Position numbers and translations under genes: made by a program
DNA from: Patescibacteria group bacterium
GTDB lineage: Bacteria; Patescibacteriota; Patescibacteriia; UBA9934; GWF2-40-263
DNA length: 64,000 nt
Reading direction: 5' to 3'
Assembly (NCBI GenBank): GCA_004297215.1
Contig: SCUM01000001.1
Coordinates: forward strand, 289,181-353,180
The notes under the pieces: model-generated
Databases searched by the model: none
Told to the model about the DNA's origin: nothing
The model's input: the letters and a program-made list of their open reading frames with translations, nothing else
In this document: positions 63,423 to 64,000 of the stretch, piece by piece
Layout of the letters: the number at the start of each line of letters is the position of its first letter
Numbering within the stretch: position 1 is the stretch's first letter

Positions 63423-64000
63423 CTAGTATAACACGCGCCGGAGCGACTCCCAGGTGAGCCGTGCGGTCTCGTCCCAGGAAAAGGCCGCCGCGCGGACGGG
63501 ACCTGTGGCGGCCAGGCGTTCCCGCAGGGAGGCGTCCTCTGCGACGCGACGCATGGCGGCTGCCGCCGCTTGCGCGTCACCGACCGGAACGAAAAGCGGG
63601 GCGTCTCCCCCGACCTCACGGAAGGGCGGGATGTCGGAGGCGATCACCGGCGTGCCGGCGCGCATGGCTTCGAGCGGCGCGATGCCGAACCCTTCGGCAC
63701 GGCTCAAGGCAAGGAGCGCCGTGGCGCTCGCGAGCGCGGAAGCGGCGACCGCTTCAGAGGCGTAACCTTCGAAACGGATCTTCTCGGCATACGGGCTCCT
63801 CGCCGCAAGCGTGCGCGCATCGGATGCCTGGTACCCGTCGCCGCCGAGGAAGCGCAGCTCGAACGGGTCGTCCGCGGGACGGGTCCGCTTGAACGCCTCG
63901 AAGGCGCGGACGGCCACGTCCGCGCCCTTCTTTTTCTCGACGCGACCCAGGACCAGGAAGAACGGGGCTGGCCTCGCGACCTCACCCATGCCCTCTCCTT
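63423..64000 (-). CDS. Glycosyltransferase family 4, C-terminal part (probably runs off window)
   Basis: GRVEKKKG, EGFGIAPLEAM..GTPVIASD..FREV and FSW; the frame stays open to the window edge. Confidence 0.88.
   Translation of the reverse strand, partial: GEGMGEVARPAPFFLVLGRVEKKKGADVAVRAFEAFKRTRPADDPFELRFLGGDGYQASDARTLAARSPYAEKIRFEGYASEAVAASALASATALLALSRAEGFGIAPLEAMRAGTPVIASDIPPFREVGGDAPLFVPVGDAQAAAAAMRRVAEDASLRERLAATGPVRAAAFSWDETARLTWESLRRVLY

Overview
High-GC bacterial chromosome segment read with the standard code (TGA is a stop). Gene content points to Patescibacteria (CPR), probably Parcubacteria/Uhrbacteria-like; this is inference from a dispersed murE/murD/murG/ftsW/mraY set, alpha2-type GlyRS, a TrmB regulator, HQxRTP kinases and LLQVE-HGEAWYV surface repeats. 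Housekeeping content: peptidoglycan genes, typA, rpmA, rplI, rpmG, pyrG, tpiA, glyQS, frr, holB, a DEAD-box helicase and five tRNAs (Lys, Trp, Thr x2, Tyr). Accessory content: a divergent sigma70-like protein with a long C-terminal extension, three paralogous Cys-rich lipoproteins, an NTT-like MFS-HEAT fusion, a PlsC-like acyltransferase, a Cache/FIST/PAS-kinase/hemerythrin cluster, a 1611-aa repeat surface protein and a GIY-YIG nuclease inside the tRNA cluster. The most unusual signal is non-coding. Two accessory loci (about 20.0 kb and 57.8 kb) start with a near-identical promoter (30/33 nt) followed by the same leader layout: an AGUUCGAAG-loop hairpin, an RRGGRGWGAGU box, and an AUG at the foot of a terminator-like hairpin. 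The same box recurs in a rod-like RNA at 58.0 kb and twice in an apparent stand-alone small RNA at 62.1 kb. Several REP/MITE-like palindrome families are present, one inserted in frame in rlmI. No CRISPR array, rRNA, reverse transcriptase, integrase or transposase was seen. All calls were made by eye, without database searches.
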